DNA of 64,000 bases from Flavobacteriales bacterium (GTDB taxonomy: Bacteria > Bacteroidota > Bacteroidia > Flavobacteriales_C > GCA-002722245), in assembly GCA_947444925.1 (NCBI GenBank), contig CANFBW010000007.1, forward strand, positions 8,774-72,773. The letters run 5' to 3'. The notes under the pieces are model-generated. The model saw only the letters and a program-made list of their open reading frames with translations, was not told the origin of the DNA and ran no database searches. The translations under genes were made by a program, and so were the position numbers. Each line of letters starts with the position of its first letter. Positions within the stretch are counted from its first letter, which is position 1. Positions 26,414 through 36,265 of the stretch are shown piece by piece.

Positions 26414-28240
26414 TTAATTATTTGATTGACCAAATTTTGCAACCAAAAGCAAGAAGTCAGATGTGTTAGTGATACCATCTTTGTTGATGTCAGTTGGATT
26501 TGCATTCGTCAAACTTTTTAATGCTACTGTACCATACTCAGACAACCAGCTAGAGTTCGCTTCACTTGCGCTAAAAGCACCTTTATAGTTTACTACAGTG
26601 AAAAATCCATCAGCAGGAGCTGAACTTGCAGAAACCAATTCAGTGGAAGGAATTGCGTGCACTTCCGTAGTCATTGCTGAGTTTGTACCGTTGAAAGCCA
26701 ATGCTACAGTGATACCTGGAACAGATGTAACGATTTGGTTGCGGTCAGTTGTTAAAAATTGAAGCGAGTCAGCTACGCTTGGCGCTGTAGGAATCTCGTT
26801 AAAAAGCAAACCTGTACCAGCCGCATCTTTCTGGAAAGTACCAGAAGTAGCAGTTGTTGTTTTAACCAAATTTCCTTTAGTAAAACCAAAGTGTTTTCCG
26901 TCATTCGCTCTGATGATAACGTTGTCTTTGATGATCAAAGATTGTGGCACTGGGAAAGTTCCGCCAGCAGTTGTCCATGATGCAGCATAAGCAGGTGTAC
27001 CGTTGGTCCATTGGTCATAAGCATCACCTTTTTGAACTGCGTTAGAACGCGCTTGAGACAAGTGAACACCTGAACGGAAGTTAGCAAAAACAGAGTTGCG
27101 GAAAGATCCAGCTGTCATTTCTTTAGCCATCAAACCTGCGTGTCCACAGTTGTCGTAAACGGCATTCACCTTACCGTTAGAAATGAAAGTTGCATTCCAT
27201 ATTTGTGGGTTAGATTGAAAAGGGAAAGTTGATTTATTAACCCCAAACTGATCGTCAGAATCACCTTCAATACCATTGTCAGAAGAACGCAAATCACCAG
27301 AATTCAAAGAGTCAGCAGAAACAGAAAATAAGAATTGTGCTTTACCTCTGTAACCCAAGTCATAGTCAAATTTGTCATCGTCACCGAAAAATTGTGAAAT
27401 GTATTTAACGTTTACTGTACCACCAAAGTATTCCACTTCATCATCACCAGCAGCAATGATCTCAATGTGGTCAATTTTAGTACCTGAACCCACTGAGTAA
27501 AGTGAAAGACCATTCATTTCATTTCCAGCAGATGCACCACCTAGCAAAGCGCCAGTATGTCTCAGAGAAACGTAAGAAAGTACACCTGAGTTATCAGCGT
27601 TGTTTACAGTTGGGAAAGCAGCATCACCAGCGCCGAAACGTGTGTGCGTGCTCACTGCAAAACCTTCTGCGCAACCTACACCATCAACACCTGTTGTAGC
27701 ACTCAATTTACCAGCAGCACTGTTCGCTAATAGCGTTAAATTGTTCGCAGCAGTACCGGCAATAGCAAGTCCACCCCATTTAGAAACGTTGGTCAAACTA
27801 TAAGTTCCATCCATTGGATCAAGATTACTTGTAAAAACAATATTACAATCTTTAGTTCCTGCAGCATTGATTTTAGCACCTCTTTCAATAAAGATAGAAC
27901 CAGTAGCAAGTGGATCTGCATTGTAAACACCTTGTATTACAGCACCCGGATCAATTGTAAGGGTGTAAGGACTTGGCATGTAAAACTGGCCATTCAATTG
28001 CCACAAAGTATCACATCCGAGGTGAACATTGCCGTTGAACACGTTTAAAGTTGCACTACCAACTACTGAACTAGTAACACCTTTAATTGAAATGTTTGCC
28101 TGTGGTCTTGCATTCACTGCAGGGCAGCCACATTTAGCGCCCACCGTGTTTTGATTGGCTTGAGCAAAGCCCGTTGCCATAGCGCCAACTGCTAGTAGGG
28201 CAGTTGTTGCAATTTTTGTAAAATTTTTCATTGTTTTCAT
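26414..28240 (-). CDS. Secreted protein of unknown function ending in a single dockerin-like Ca-binding segment.
   Basis: 608 aa with a signal peptide MKTMKNFTKIATTALLAVGAMATGFAQA. It is Gly/Asn/Ser-rich and beta-rich. The C-terminus DINKDGITNTSDFLLLVAKFGQ resembles a dockerin/EF-hand repeat. There is no T9SS CTD. Confidence 0.45.
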   Translation of the reverse strand: MKTMKNFTKIATTALLAVGAMATGFAQANQNTVGAKCGCPAVNARPQANISIKGVTSSVVGSATLNVFNGNVHLGCDTLWQLNGQFYMPSPYTLTIDPGAVIQGVYNADPLATGSIFIERGAKINAAGTKDCNIVFTSNLDPMDGTYSLTNVSKWGGLAIAGTAANNLTLLANSAAGKLSATTGVDGVGCAEGFAVSTHTRFGAGDAAFPTVNNADNSGVLSYVSLRHTGALLGGASAGNEMNGLSLYSVGSGTKIDHIEIIAAGDDEVEYFGGTVNVKYISQFFGDDDKFDYDLGYRGKAQFLFSVSADSLNSGDLRSSDNGIEGDSDDQFGVNKSTFPFQSNPQIWNATFISNGKVNAVYDNCGHAGLMAKEMTAGSFRNSVFANFRSGVHLSQARSNAVQKGDAYDQWTNGTPAYAASWTTAGGTFPVPQSLIIKDNVIIRANDGKHFGFTKGNLVKTTTATSGTFQKDAAGTGLLFNEIPTAPSVADSLQFLTTDRNQIVTSVPGITVALAFNGTNSAMTTEVHAIPSTELVSASSAPADGFFTVVNYKGAFSASEANSSWLSEYGTVALKSLTNANPTDINKDGITNTSDFLLLVAKFGQSNN

Positions 28241-28948
28241 TTTTTAGTTTTTTAGCTTTTAATTAAGTTCCATAACGAATTACTGAACGAGACAAATTTC
28301 AGCCAACAACCTCACTCCTTGATTAAAGTTGAATTATCAAATGTATAATTCGGAGATAGTTTTATGTTAAGAATGCATCTGCCAGCAACATGCAAACTTC
28401 ACAATACATCGGACATTTGGGCAGAATGTTAAATGTTCAATTGCAGCAGAGAGAAAAAAATCAACTTCAACATTTAAAACAAAAACACTTGCCTTCCTCA
28501 CCAAACAAGGAGACACGAAAAATATAACAAAGCAATTTCACAAAAGTAAAAAGCAACACCGTAAAGTTAAATGTGATCAACGGTATTGTTCAAAGCACCA
28601 AAAAACCATATTGCTTAACAATGAGTTAATCTGACAACTGCTCCTCCACCACTGCAGGGCCTCAATAATGCTGAGCACTGCAAGCCAAAAATCATTTTTC
28701 TTTCAAAAAAAAATGGCACTCACAAACAATTCAATACTGAATTTATCAATTCATAAAAAAACGCAGTCACCACGAACTAATTCCCGACGATAGCACATCA
28801 AAAATTTGCGCATTGTACTTTGCATTGCATGAATCTGCAATAGGGATTCACCAATAAATTACCTAAAAAGAAGGTGAAATGAAATTAAAGGCGAACGAGC
28901 TTAATTTGTAAAACAAATCAAACGCAGCGCTATAGCACTTGCGCCTAT

Positions 28949-29743
28949 TTAATCTTTGACGCAACGCACGCTGAATCCATAGCGTTTTTCCACATAAAAT
29001 CTAAATACCTTAGATTTTCTATAATCCAAATTACGATACCAGAGTTCACTATTGTTCAATGTTGACGACCAAAAATACGCAGTAAACTGAGCGCCGGGAC
29101 TACCTGGATTACCATTAAAAATTCTACATCCGCCGGGAAGCGCTGTGAATCCACTTTCATTGTTTGGCCAAACTGTAAATAGGTCGTCTGAATTGTACCA
29201 ATCATAGCCTCCATTTCCTGCCACCAATTTCGGCTTCTTCATTTTATCAGCTTCGCTGGTACCTCTCCAAGTAATGCTATCGGCCGATAATTTTGCCATT
29301 CCCAAATTCATTTCCAAGGTTTTCCATTCCTCATCACTGGCAATGTGCCAGCCTTCGGGCGCAATGTTGCGTGAATCAACAACCGCATATCCATTGTACA
29401 ACAATCCATATGTAATTGAACTGTTGATGCAACATGCCGCTGTCGTATTTTGCCAATCAACAGCTGAAGGCACAAAATGAATAGAATCACCATTGCGATA
29501 AGTTTTGACCAGCAAATTTTCAGCCATCCACCATTGATTCCCAATTTTTACAGTTTTGTAAACGTTGCCATCGCGATCGCGCATCGTACTTGTTTCATTG
29601 ACAGGCTTTGGAGCAGGAATCGCTTTTTCACAAGCAGAGAATTGCAACATAAAAATCATGAACACCGTCCAAAAAGACAACGCCAAAATCAACTTACTTT
29701 TGTTCACAAATGAATACCTTAAAATAAATTTCTGCATGATCAC
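28949..29743 (-). CDS. Lipoprotein with the Fibrobacter succinogenes major paralogous (FISUMP) domain.
   Basis: The lipobox is FSAC. The hallmark motifs DGNVYKTVKIGNQWWMAENL...GLLYN...EGWHIASDEEW...GFTALPGG.R...FWSST...GFSVRCVKD are all present. Confidence 0.8.
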   Translation of the reverse strand: MIMQKFILRYSFVNKSKLILALSFWTVFMIFMLQFSACEKAIPAPKPVNETSTMRDRDGNVYKTVKIGNQWWMAENLLVKTYRNGDSIHFVPSAVDWQNTTAACCINSSITYGLLYNGYAVVDSRNIAPEGWHIASDEEWKTLEMNLGMAKLSADSITWRGTSEADKMKKPKLVAGNGGYDWYNSDDLFTVWPNNESGFTALPGGCRIFNGNPGSPGAQFTAYFWSSTLNNSELWYRNLDYRKSKVFRFYVEKRYGFSVRCVKD

Positions 29744-29756
29744 TTTACTTTTATAC

Positions 29757-31103
29757 TTAATGCTTTACGAATTTTTTTGTGCTGTACAATTTACCTGCGC
29801 TGATGCGTAAAAAATACAAACCAGCAGTTAAATCTGACACATCGATTGTTTCTGATTTGTCAATTAAACTGCCACCGCTGTTGCTTTCTAACAACAATTG
29901 ACCAAAACTATTGTACAGCGAATATTTGAGTGGTGCTACCGCAGTTGCTTTTACTTTAACCAACAATTCTTCTTCCACCGGATTTGGAAAAAGCTCAAAA
30001 AGAACACTTTCATTTAATTCACTGATCTCTAATTTTGGACAAACTTCCACTATGTCTCTGTTGCTGCACAAACCAGGATAGCAGCACAAACTAGGCACGT
30101 GAACTTTTACCTTGGAATCATAATTACACGCCAGCGAATCGCCGCAACCCACCACCAAATATGTTTTGCAGGCGCTATTGTCTTTGCAACCAAATGAAGC
30201 AGCGTACTCGGCATAATTTGGATCAGTGCAACCACAAGGAATAGGATAATTTAAAAATGGCCGTTGGTGCACATAGTCTGCCGTTGAATCGGCGCCATTC
30301 TTTGCCACGTATCGATGGATCGTTGTGCCGTTTTTATCCAAAATTTCAACGTTCAATGCAAAGGCAATTTTTCCTTTAGTGGTCAGTTGCGCCACCAACA
30401 CCAAATTGCTATCGCGGTTGACACCCATCACTCCATTGCTTTGCAAATACGCATTCTTGCTAACGAAGCTGTTTTTTTTAACCAATGATCCAAAAATGGT
30501 AGAATCATTTCCATCTAAATCCACAATTCCACCTTCAAAAGAAGAAACCGGAAGAAGCGACATCGTATCCAGTCCATCTGCTGTGGTCAAGGGAATTCCA
30601 GCCGCAGCCGCACTGTTCTTTAATAAGCCACCATCAATGGGCACGCTGCCGCCATCGTTGTTAACGCCACCAACAACAGAGCCATTTCTGTCGAGAGACT
30701 TTGGCGTTCCAAAATAGGTTTTGCCACTTGGTTTTGAAAGCGATGTTTGACCAAGCGTGAGCCAGGTGTCGAGCGCCAAAGTGCTTTCACCAAAACGCGC
30801 GACATTAAAAAATCGAGCATGGCTTTGTCCTTCTAAAGTATGGTTGTAAAAGGTAGAATCTCCTGAGAACATCAACTCGTGTTCAGCGTCGCCAAAAAGT
30901 TTCAAAAGTTTGCATCCCGGCTCCATATCAATATACACCCGATAGGTTGTTGAATTCACTGGAAGCACTGATCCTGTTGTGTCGGTGGCATCGTTAGCGT
31001 CAGACACATAATACGTTTCTATCCTCACATTTTCAAGTTGCGCAGGCAACACAAAAACAGAAAGAAGCAATAAAAAAAGTAAGGTATTTTTTTTGGTTTT
31101 CAT
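29757..31103 (-). CDS. T9SS cargo protein. It is a member of the local N-terminal-domain paralogue family and has a Cys-rich middle region.
   Basis: There is a signal peptide. The N-terminal domain is ENVRIETYYVSDANDATDTTGSVLPVNSTTYRVYIDM...LDTWLTLG...VLVAQLTTKGKIAFALN. The middle contains 14 Cys (CGCTDPNYAEYAASFGCKDNSACKTYLVVGCGDSLACNYD..). The C-terminal CTD is LFPNPVEEELLV...AGLYFLRISAG. Confidence 0.55.
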   Translation of the reverse strand: MKTKKNTLLFLLLLSVFVLPAQLENVRIETYYVSDANDATDTTGSVLPVNSTTYRVYIDMEPGCKLLKLFGDAEHELMFSGDSTFYNHTLEGQSHARFFNVARFGESTLALDTWLTLGQTSLSKPSGKTYFGTPKSLDRNGSVVGGVNNDGGSVPIDGGLLKNSAAAAGIPLTTADGLDTMSLLPVSSFEGGIVDLDGNDSTIFGSLVKKNSFVSKNAYLQSNGVMGVNRDSNLVLVAQLTTKGKIAFALNVEILDKNGTTIHRYVAKNGADSTADYVHQRPFLNYPIPCGCTDPNYAEYAASFGCKDNSACKTYLVVGCGDSLACNYDSKVKVHVPSLCCYPGLCSNRDIVEVCPKLEISELNESVLFELFPNPVEEELLVKVKATAVAPLKYSLYNSFGQLLLESNSGGSLIDKSETIDVSDLTAGLYFLRISAGKLYSTKKFVKH

Positions 31104-31191
31104 GCACGTTTGTTTTTTTCTTCTCAGCAGATCAACTCTCTACCTACTTCTTTCTTCCTTATTTTTGAATCGATGTTGATTGTATTAACAG

Positions 31192-34100
31192 CTATAATTT
31201 ATACGACAAACTCAAAATGAAATTCGTTCCGAATTGATATCTATCGTAGTTCCAAATATAATTGCCTTGGTACTGATAAGCCCTTATTCTCGCTGCATTA
31301 AGTATGTCGGTAACCCGAAAACTAGCACTGAAAGACTTGCCGATTTTTTTTGAAATTTTCAAATCCAAAAGATTTCTTGGCAATTCGTACACCGAAGGAA
31401 TTTGACTCGTAACATCTCCTGCAATCACCAGTTTTGGCCCCTGCACATTGTAACTCAATGTAACTTGTAATCCAATGGAATCAGAAGTGTAAGTCAAGAT
31501 GCTGTTCACTAAATAAGGTGCCTGACCAAACAAAGTACGTGTTTGTGCCGCACCAAAAGTACCATCGGCTCTTTTTTCAGAAAAGGTGGAACGCGAATCA
31601 ACAAAAGTAACATTGGCTCTGAATTCAAAATATTTGGTCAATTTTTTCTTGCCCTCCAATTCAATACCGCGCAACCAAGCTAGATTGGGATTGTTTTCCC
31701 AGGTAAATCCTGTAGCGTTGTACAACTCAATGTAGTTCATGAAATCTTTGTAAAACAAACTTAGCGATACGTTGTCACCAGATTTGAAATACGATTCTAA
31801 ACGCAAATCATAATTGTTGATGTTCACCATTTTTAAATTAGGATTTCCCCTTACTCTATCGTTCAATTCATAGTCGTAAACGTCGCTGGTCGATAGCTCA
31901 CGCAAGCCGGGACGCGCAACAGTTTGACTAAAATTAAAGCGCAAATTAATGGGCGACTGCGCATCTTTTCTCAACTTGTATATAGCAGAGATACTTGGCA
32001 AAAAGCTCACTTGATTGAGTTTTCCTGGATTGGAAGCTCTACGGGGATCATTCACTGGTAAATTCAAAGAATCAGCCAACTTACTGTCTGTGTAGAGATA
32101 CGCTTTTTCCACGCGCAGTCCGCCCGACAAACGCAATCGGGGTACAATACTGTAATCGGCCATGGCGTATGCGGCGCTCACATTACTAAAACCCATCACG
32201 TGATTGTCTTGATTGTCACTAAACAAATACCCTCTTAAAGCACGGTAGGTATTTGCCTCGGGAACAGGAATGAAACCAAAAAAATCCAATCCCAAAGGAT
32301 CACTTCCAGCATTGCTTGAATTAACAACATAGTTGCCCATATTGCCGCTGTTGATGTTGGTTAAACCTATTTGATCATAGGCCCTGTCGATGCGCTGAAA
32401 AGCAGCGCCAAATTTTATTTTTCGCACAGCATCGGCCACTCCATTGCCTTTCAATGGAAGTTCAACAGCCAATCGCGAATCAAAAACATTCTCTGTCAAA
32501 TATCTGAAGTAGCGGGCTGAATTGTTGATTTGCGAATTTTGCAATGCTGGATTTGGCGAGATTTCTGCTCTTTTGAAATCCGGTACAATACTTTTTCCAT
32601 CGGTGTAAGACGCATTTCCTTCTATTTTAATTTTATGCCACGGAATGTAATGCTCTAATTTTGCCTGATAAATAAATTGCTTTCGTGACTCATACAATTG
32701 TCTTTGCACATCGGCAAACGCATCGCCCGCCCTTGAAGCCACACCAACGTTGTTGGTGCCATTCACATTGGGCATAAAAATTAAATTGATGCTGTGATTT
32801 TTGTGGTATTTGTACATCACATTCACCAAAGCGCTCCACTCATTGGTTTCTCTAGTTATCTTTTGTGGAAAACTGATCGTATCAATATAAACTCCATTGG
32901 TAGGACCGCCAGTAACTCGGCCATAAGTGCTATTAGGGTCGTATTGCGTTGCACTCGAATACCTAAAGCCAGCAAGCAAACCAAGTGGTCTTCCAAAAAA
33001 ATTCAGCTGGTTACCAAAGGTGATACTTTGTGTGGTATTTAAGGGCGCTTGCCTATTTGTAGTTCTCCAATTATTGGGCAAACTTTGATTGAATTGCACT
33101 GCGCCAGCATTCATTATTTTGTAAGCATCACCTTGGTAAGTGCCCTGGTTGTATTTTTCCAAAGCAGCATTATAAGCATTGGGATCATTGAAATTGCTTG
33201 CGCCAAGTAAACCCATTTTTTGAAACACCAACTTGTCGTAAGTCTGCGACGATGCTCCGCTAGAACTATAAATAGAAGAGGTACTAACACCTACCGATTT
33301 TAAAAAATCGCCATAACCCAAGGCAACAAATTCTTGATATCTATTCGGCTGATTGTTCAACAATTGATAGTCCTTCATGCTGTGGTCTCTAAAACCATTG
33401 TCATAGCCCAACCAATCCGTTGCGCTGTGCTGCGAACTCACCACCTCTTTAAATGTGGTTTGCGCATTGTAACCAATGGCACTTTCAACAGTGATGGCCA
33501 ATTTTTTTGGATACTCTTTTGTTTCCACCGAAATATAAGCTCCCGCCCAATCACCAGGTAAATCGGGACTCGCAGTTTTCGCAATCACCACATTGTCGAT
33601 CAACGCGGCAGGAAACATATCCAATCTAATGTTGTTCGTAAATGGATCTAAAGTTGGAATTCGAGAACCATTGAATGTTGTTTTTACATAGCGGTCACCA
33701 ATACCCCGCACCGTAATTAAACCACCGCTGGATGAAACACCAGAAACCCTCGTCACGGCAGCAGTTAAATTTGCATCTCCCGTTTTTTTCAATGTCTCAG
33801 AAGAAATGTAGTCGAGTGTAACAGCAGACTTCTGCTTCACCTCCTCCATGTAGGTATCCTTTGCTTTTGCTTTTTTTCCGCCAATTACAATTTTATTGAT
33901 AGTGGTTACCGCCAAAGGCAGTACAAAATCCTTCACAAGCACCGCTCCACTTTTTACTTGAAAACTATCCGTCATCGTTTGATAACCTTTCAAGGAAACA
34001 GAAATTTCTTGCCCCAATGAATCCGAAATATTAATTAAATAATTTCCCTTTAAGTCGGTGGTAATATCCGTCAATCCATTTGCATTCAGCATAAAGTTTA

Positions 34101-34215
34101 CACCCAACAAGGGCATTCCGTTTTCATCGCTTATCTTTCCTTTTATCGTTCCTTGCGCGAACAAAAATGACCCTGCTAGTAAACTAAAGACTACTACAAA
34201 AAAACATTTTTTCAT
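31192..34215 (-). CDS. TonB-dependent outer-membrane receptor with an N-terminal carboxypeptidase-regulatory-like domain.
   Basis: ~1007 aa. The signal peptide is MKKCFFVVVFSLLAGSFLFAQG. The CarbopepD_reg-like segment is TIKGKISDENGMPLLGVNFML. A plug region and a long beta-barrel follow. No SusD-like partner is adjacent. Confidence 0.7.
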   Translation of the reverse strand: MKKCFFVVVFSLLAGSFLFAQGTIKGKISDENGMPLLGVNFMLNANGLTDITTDLKGNYLINISDSLGQEISVSLKGYQTMTDSFQVKSGAVLVKDFVLPLAVTTINKIVIGGKKAKAKDTYMEEVKQKSAVTLDYISSETLKKTGDANLTAAVTRVSGVSSSGGLITVRGIGDRYVKTTFNGSRIPTLDPFTNNIRLDMFPAALIDNVVIAKTASPDLPGDWAGAYISVETKEYPKKLAITVESAIGYNAQTTFKEVVSSQHSATDWLGYDNGFRDHSMKDYQLLNNQPNRYQEFVALGYGDFLKSVGVSTSSIYSSSGASSQTYDKLVFQKMGLLGASNFNDPNAYNAALEKYNQGTYQGDAYKIMNAGAVQFNQSLPNNWRTTNRQAPLNTTQSITFGNQLNFFGRPLGLLAGFRYSSATQYDPNSTYGRVTGGPTNGVYIDTISFPQKITRETNEWSALVNVMYKYHKNHSINLIFMPNVNGTNNVGVASRAGDAFADVQRQLYESRKQFIYQAKLEHYIPWHKIKIEGNASYTDGKSIVPDFKRAEISPNPALQNSQINNSARYFRYLTENVFDSRLAVELPLKGNGVADAVRKIKFGAAFQRIDRAYDQIGLTNINSGNMGNYVVNSSNAGSDPLGLDFFGFIPVPEANTYRALRGYLFSDNQDNHVMGFSNVSAAYAMADYSIVPRLRLSGGLRVEKAYLYTDSKLADSLNLPVNDPRRASNPGKLNQVSFLPSISAIYKLRKDAQSPINLRFNFSQTVARPGLRELSTSDVYDYELNDRVRGNPNLKMVNINNYDLRLESYFKSGDNVSLSLFYKDFMNYIELYNATGFTWENNPNLAWLRGIELEGKKKLTKYFEFRANVTFVDSRSTFSEKRADGTFGAAQTRTLFGQAPYLVNSILTYTSDSIGLQVTLSYNVQGPKLVIAGDVTSQIPSVYELPRNLLDLKISKKIGKSFSASFRVTDILNAARIRAYQYQGNYIWNYDRYQFGTNFILSLSYKL

Positions 34216-34350
34216 TGTGGTGATTTTTCCTTCAAAAGCATCAACAAAGGGCATTGCAAAAATCGCGTACAGTTTTTAATTGCTCTCGACAAACAATTTC
34301 TGCGATTTTATACAAAGCTCCACCTCGCTCACATTTTCTGGTTTTTTGAA

Positions 34351-35424
34351 TTATTGGATTTTAATTATTTTCTGAGTGCTCGTTAAATCACCGCTCGTCA
34401 TTTGCAATAAATATTGTCCGCTTGAAAGTGCTGAAATATCAATTTGCGCATTGTAGTGATCGCTAACATTGTTCATTGTATTTTGATACACCTTTCTTCC
34501 GTCAATCGTGTAAATAGCACAATTGAAATCCATGCTTTTATTTGTGTTCAAAATGTCAATGGTCAACACATCATTCGCTGGATTTGGAAAAACACGGAAT
34601 GAACTTGTTTTGTCCAATTCAGCAACAGCGCTAATTACATCAGAAGAATAGTTTAGATTCGACAACACTGTGCCATCTCCTGCAGGAGCTTTCGCGTAAA
34701 ATTTATGTGCACTTAAGTCGGGAGCACCCAATTGAAAATTCAACTCGAAAGAAAAAATACCATCTGTGGTAAACTGTCCAATCAACACTTTGTTACTGTC
34801 GGCATTTGCACCTTGTGCACCGCTCAATGCCGACCATGCGCCATCGGCCAAAACAAAAGAACCACCAAATTGACTTGCCGCGTCAAACAAATCTCCCAGC
34901 GGATCAAAACCAACAACTGTAACTGCTTGAGGACTTCCGGCAACCATACCATCTGCTGTTTTTAGTGAAGCGCCATAAGTCAAATTCGTGCTGCCCAAAA
35001 TAGTACTCGTGCTAAAAATAGAACCGTCTGTATCATCACTTTTAGGAACGGCCATTTTTCCGGTGGCACTTGCGCCAACTGACAACCAGCTGTCCAACAT
35101 CACCGTATTTTTTTTCACGTTAACAACGCTGATTCCATTAGGAGTTGCAGCGCCTCTGTCTTCATTGTTAAAGAAGGTAGTGGTCGTAGCGATCTTTAGC
35201 TGATGACCAGTTTCGGCAAAGGCCGCTTGAAAGTTATAGCCCTTTTGCATGTCGATAAAAATGCGGTACGTCACCGAACCAATGGGCAAAGTGCCCACAC
35301 TTGCAGCTGCATCGGCTGCATCAGACACGTAATATTTTTCAACGATCATTCGTTCGAAACCATTTTGGGCTTTCGCCACTCCAGCTAGGAAAAAAAGTCC
35401 TAGTGCTATAAATATTTTTTGCAT
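34351..35424 (-). CDS. T9SS cargo protein consisting of the paralogue-family N-terminal domain plus a type-A CTD.
   Basis: 357 aa. The N-terminal domain is VEKYYVSDAADAAASVGTLPIGSVTYRIFIDM...TTTTFFNNEDRG..TPNGI...LDSWLSVG...KSDDTDGSIFST...VLIGQFTTDGIFSFELN. The CTD is VFPNPANDVLTIDIL...GQYLLQMTSG. Confidence 0.55.
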   Translation of the reverse strand: MQKIFIALGLFFLAGVAKAQNGFERMIVEKYYVSDAADAAASVGTLPIGSVTYRIFIDMQKGYNFQAAFAETGHQLKIATTTTFFNNEDRGAATPNGISVVNVKKNTVMLDSWLSVGASATGKMAVPKSDDTDGSIFSTSTILGSTNLTYGASLKTADGMVAGSPQAVTVVGFDPLGDLFDAASQFGGSFVLADGAWSALSGAQGANADSNKVLIGQFTTDGIFSFELNFQLGAPDLSAHKFYAKAPAGDGTVLSNLNYSSDVISAVAELDKTSSFRVFPNPANDVLTIDILNTNKSMDFNCAIYTIDGRKVYQNTMNNVSDHYNAQIDISALSSGQYLLQMTSGDLTSTQKIIKIQ

Positions 35425-35461
35425 AAAAATTGGATTTTATAAATTGTTAGTAGTTAATATC

Positions 35462-36265
35462 TCATTTATTATCACTTAAGCGCAAAGCGTCAAATTTCAC
35501 TTCTTCGCCTTCTGCATCGGCACATACAAAACGAACAGCGCCACCTGATGGAGTGCCCACTTGAATATTTAAATCAAAAGATAATTTTCCGTTTGTGGTC
35601 AGCTGCGCGATCAAAACTTTATTGCTGGCCGTTGGTCCTTTTGATCCACTTAAAACACCAGTAAAAGCGGCCCACGCTGCATTGTTTGAGCTGAGCATTA
35701 CTGCGTTGCTATCGTTGTTGAAGAAACCCACATCCAAATTAAAAGGTTTAATCATCGGAAGATTTCCATTCATAAAACCATCACTTTTGTTCAAGCTACG
35801 GCGTTTCAATACGGAACCATCAGGATCTTCCGATTTCAAAACACCAGCGTAATTGCTGGCTGCAGAGCTAATGGTGATCCATGAATCCAAGGCATAAGCC
35901 TTTTCGTTTACTTTCAAATAACTGACGTTGTAGCCTATCAAAGCACCACAGTTAACATTGTTGTAAAAAGCGGTGGTCGTTTTTATTTTTAATGGATGTT
36001 TTTCATCGCCATAAACCACTTGCAAAGAATAGTTGGGTTTCAAATCAACGTAAATCCTATACGTCACACTTCCCTTTGGCAGCGCAGCGCCGAGGGTGTC
36101 AGCAAAATCTGCAGAATCTGCTACATAATATTTTTCTACGATGATTCCCTCCAATGCACTTTTATCATCGTGTGTCAATTTGACCTCACTTTGCGCCATG
36201 GCATATTGTGAAATCAAAAGTCCAAAAACCAGTGCTGGAAATAAATAAAATCGTTTCATCTTCAT
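35462..36265 (-). CDS. Secreted protein made of the paralogue-family N-terminal domain only, with no CTD.
   Basis: The signal peptide is MKMKRFYLFPALVFGLLISQYAMAQS. The domain is IIVEKYYVADSADFADTLGAALPKGSVTYRIYVDL...KTTTAFYNN...LDSWITIS...KSEDPDGSV...VLIAQLTTNGKLSFDLN. Confidence 0.5.
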   Translation of the reverse strand: MKMKRFYLFPALVFGLLISQYAMAQSEVKLTHDDKSALEGIIVEKYYVADSADFADTLGAALPKGSVTYRIYVDLKPNYSLQVVYGDEKHPLKIKTTTAFYNNVNCGALIGYNVSYLKVNEKAYALDSWITISSAASNYAGVLKSEDPDGSVLKRRSLNKSDGFMNGNLPMIKPFNLDVGFFNNDSNAVMLSSNNAAWAAFTGVLSGSKGPTASNKVLIAQLTTNGKLSFDLNIQVGTPSGGAVRFVCADAEGEEVKFDALRLSDNK

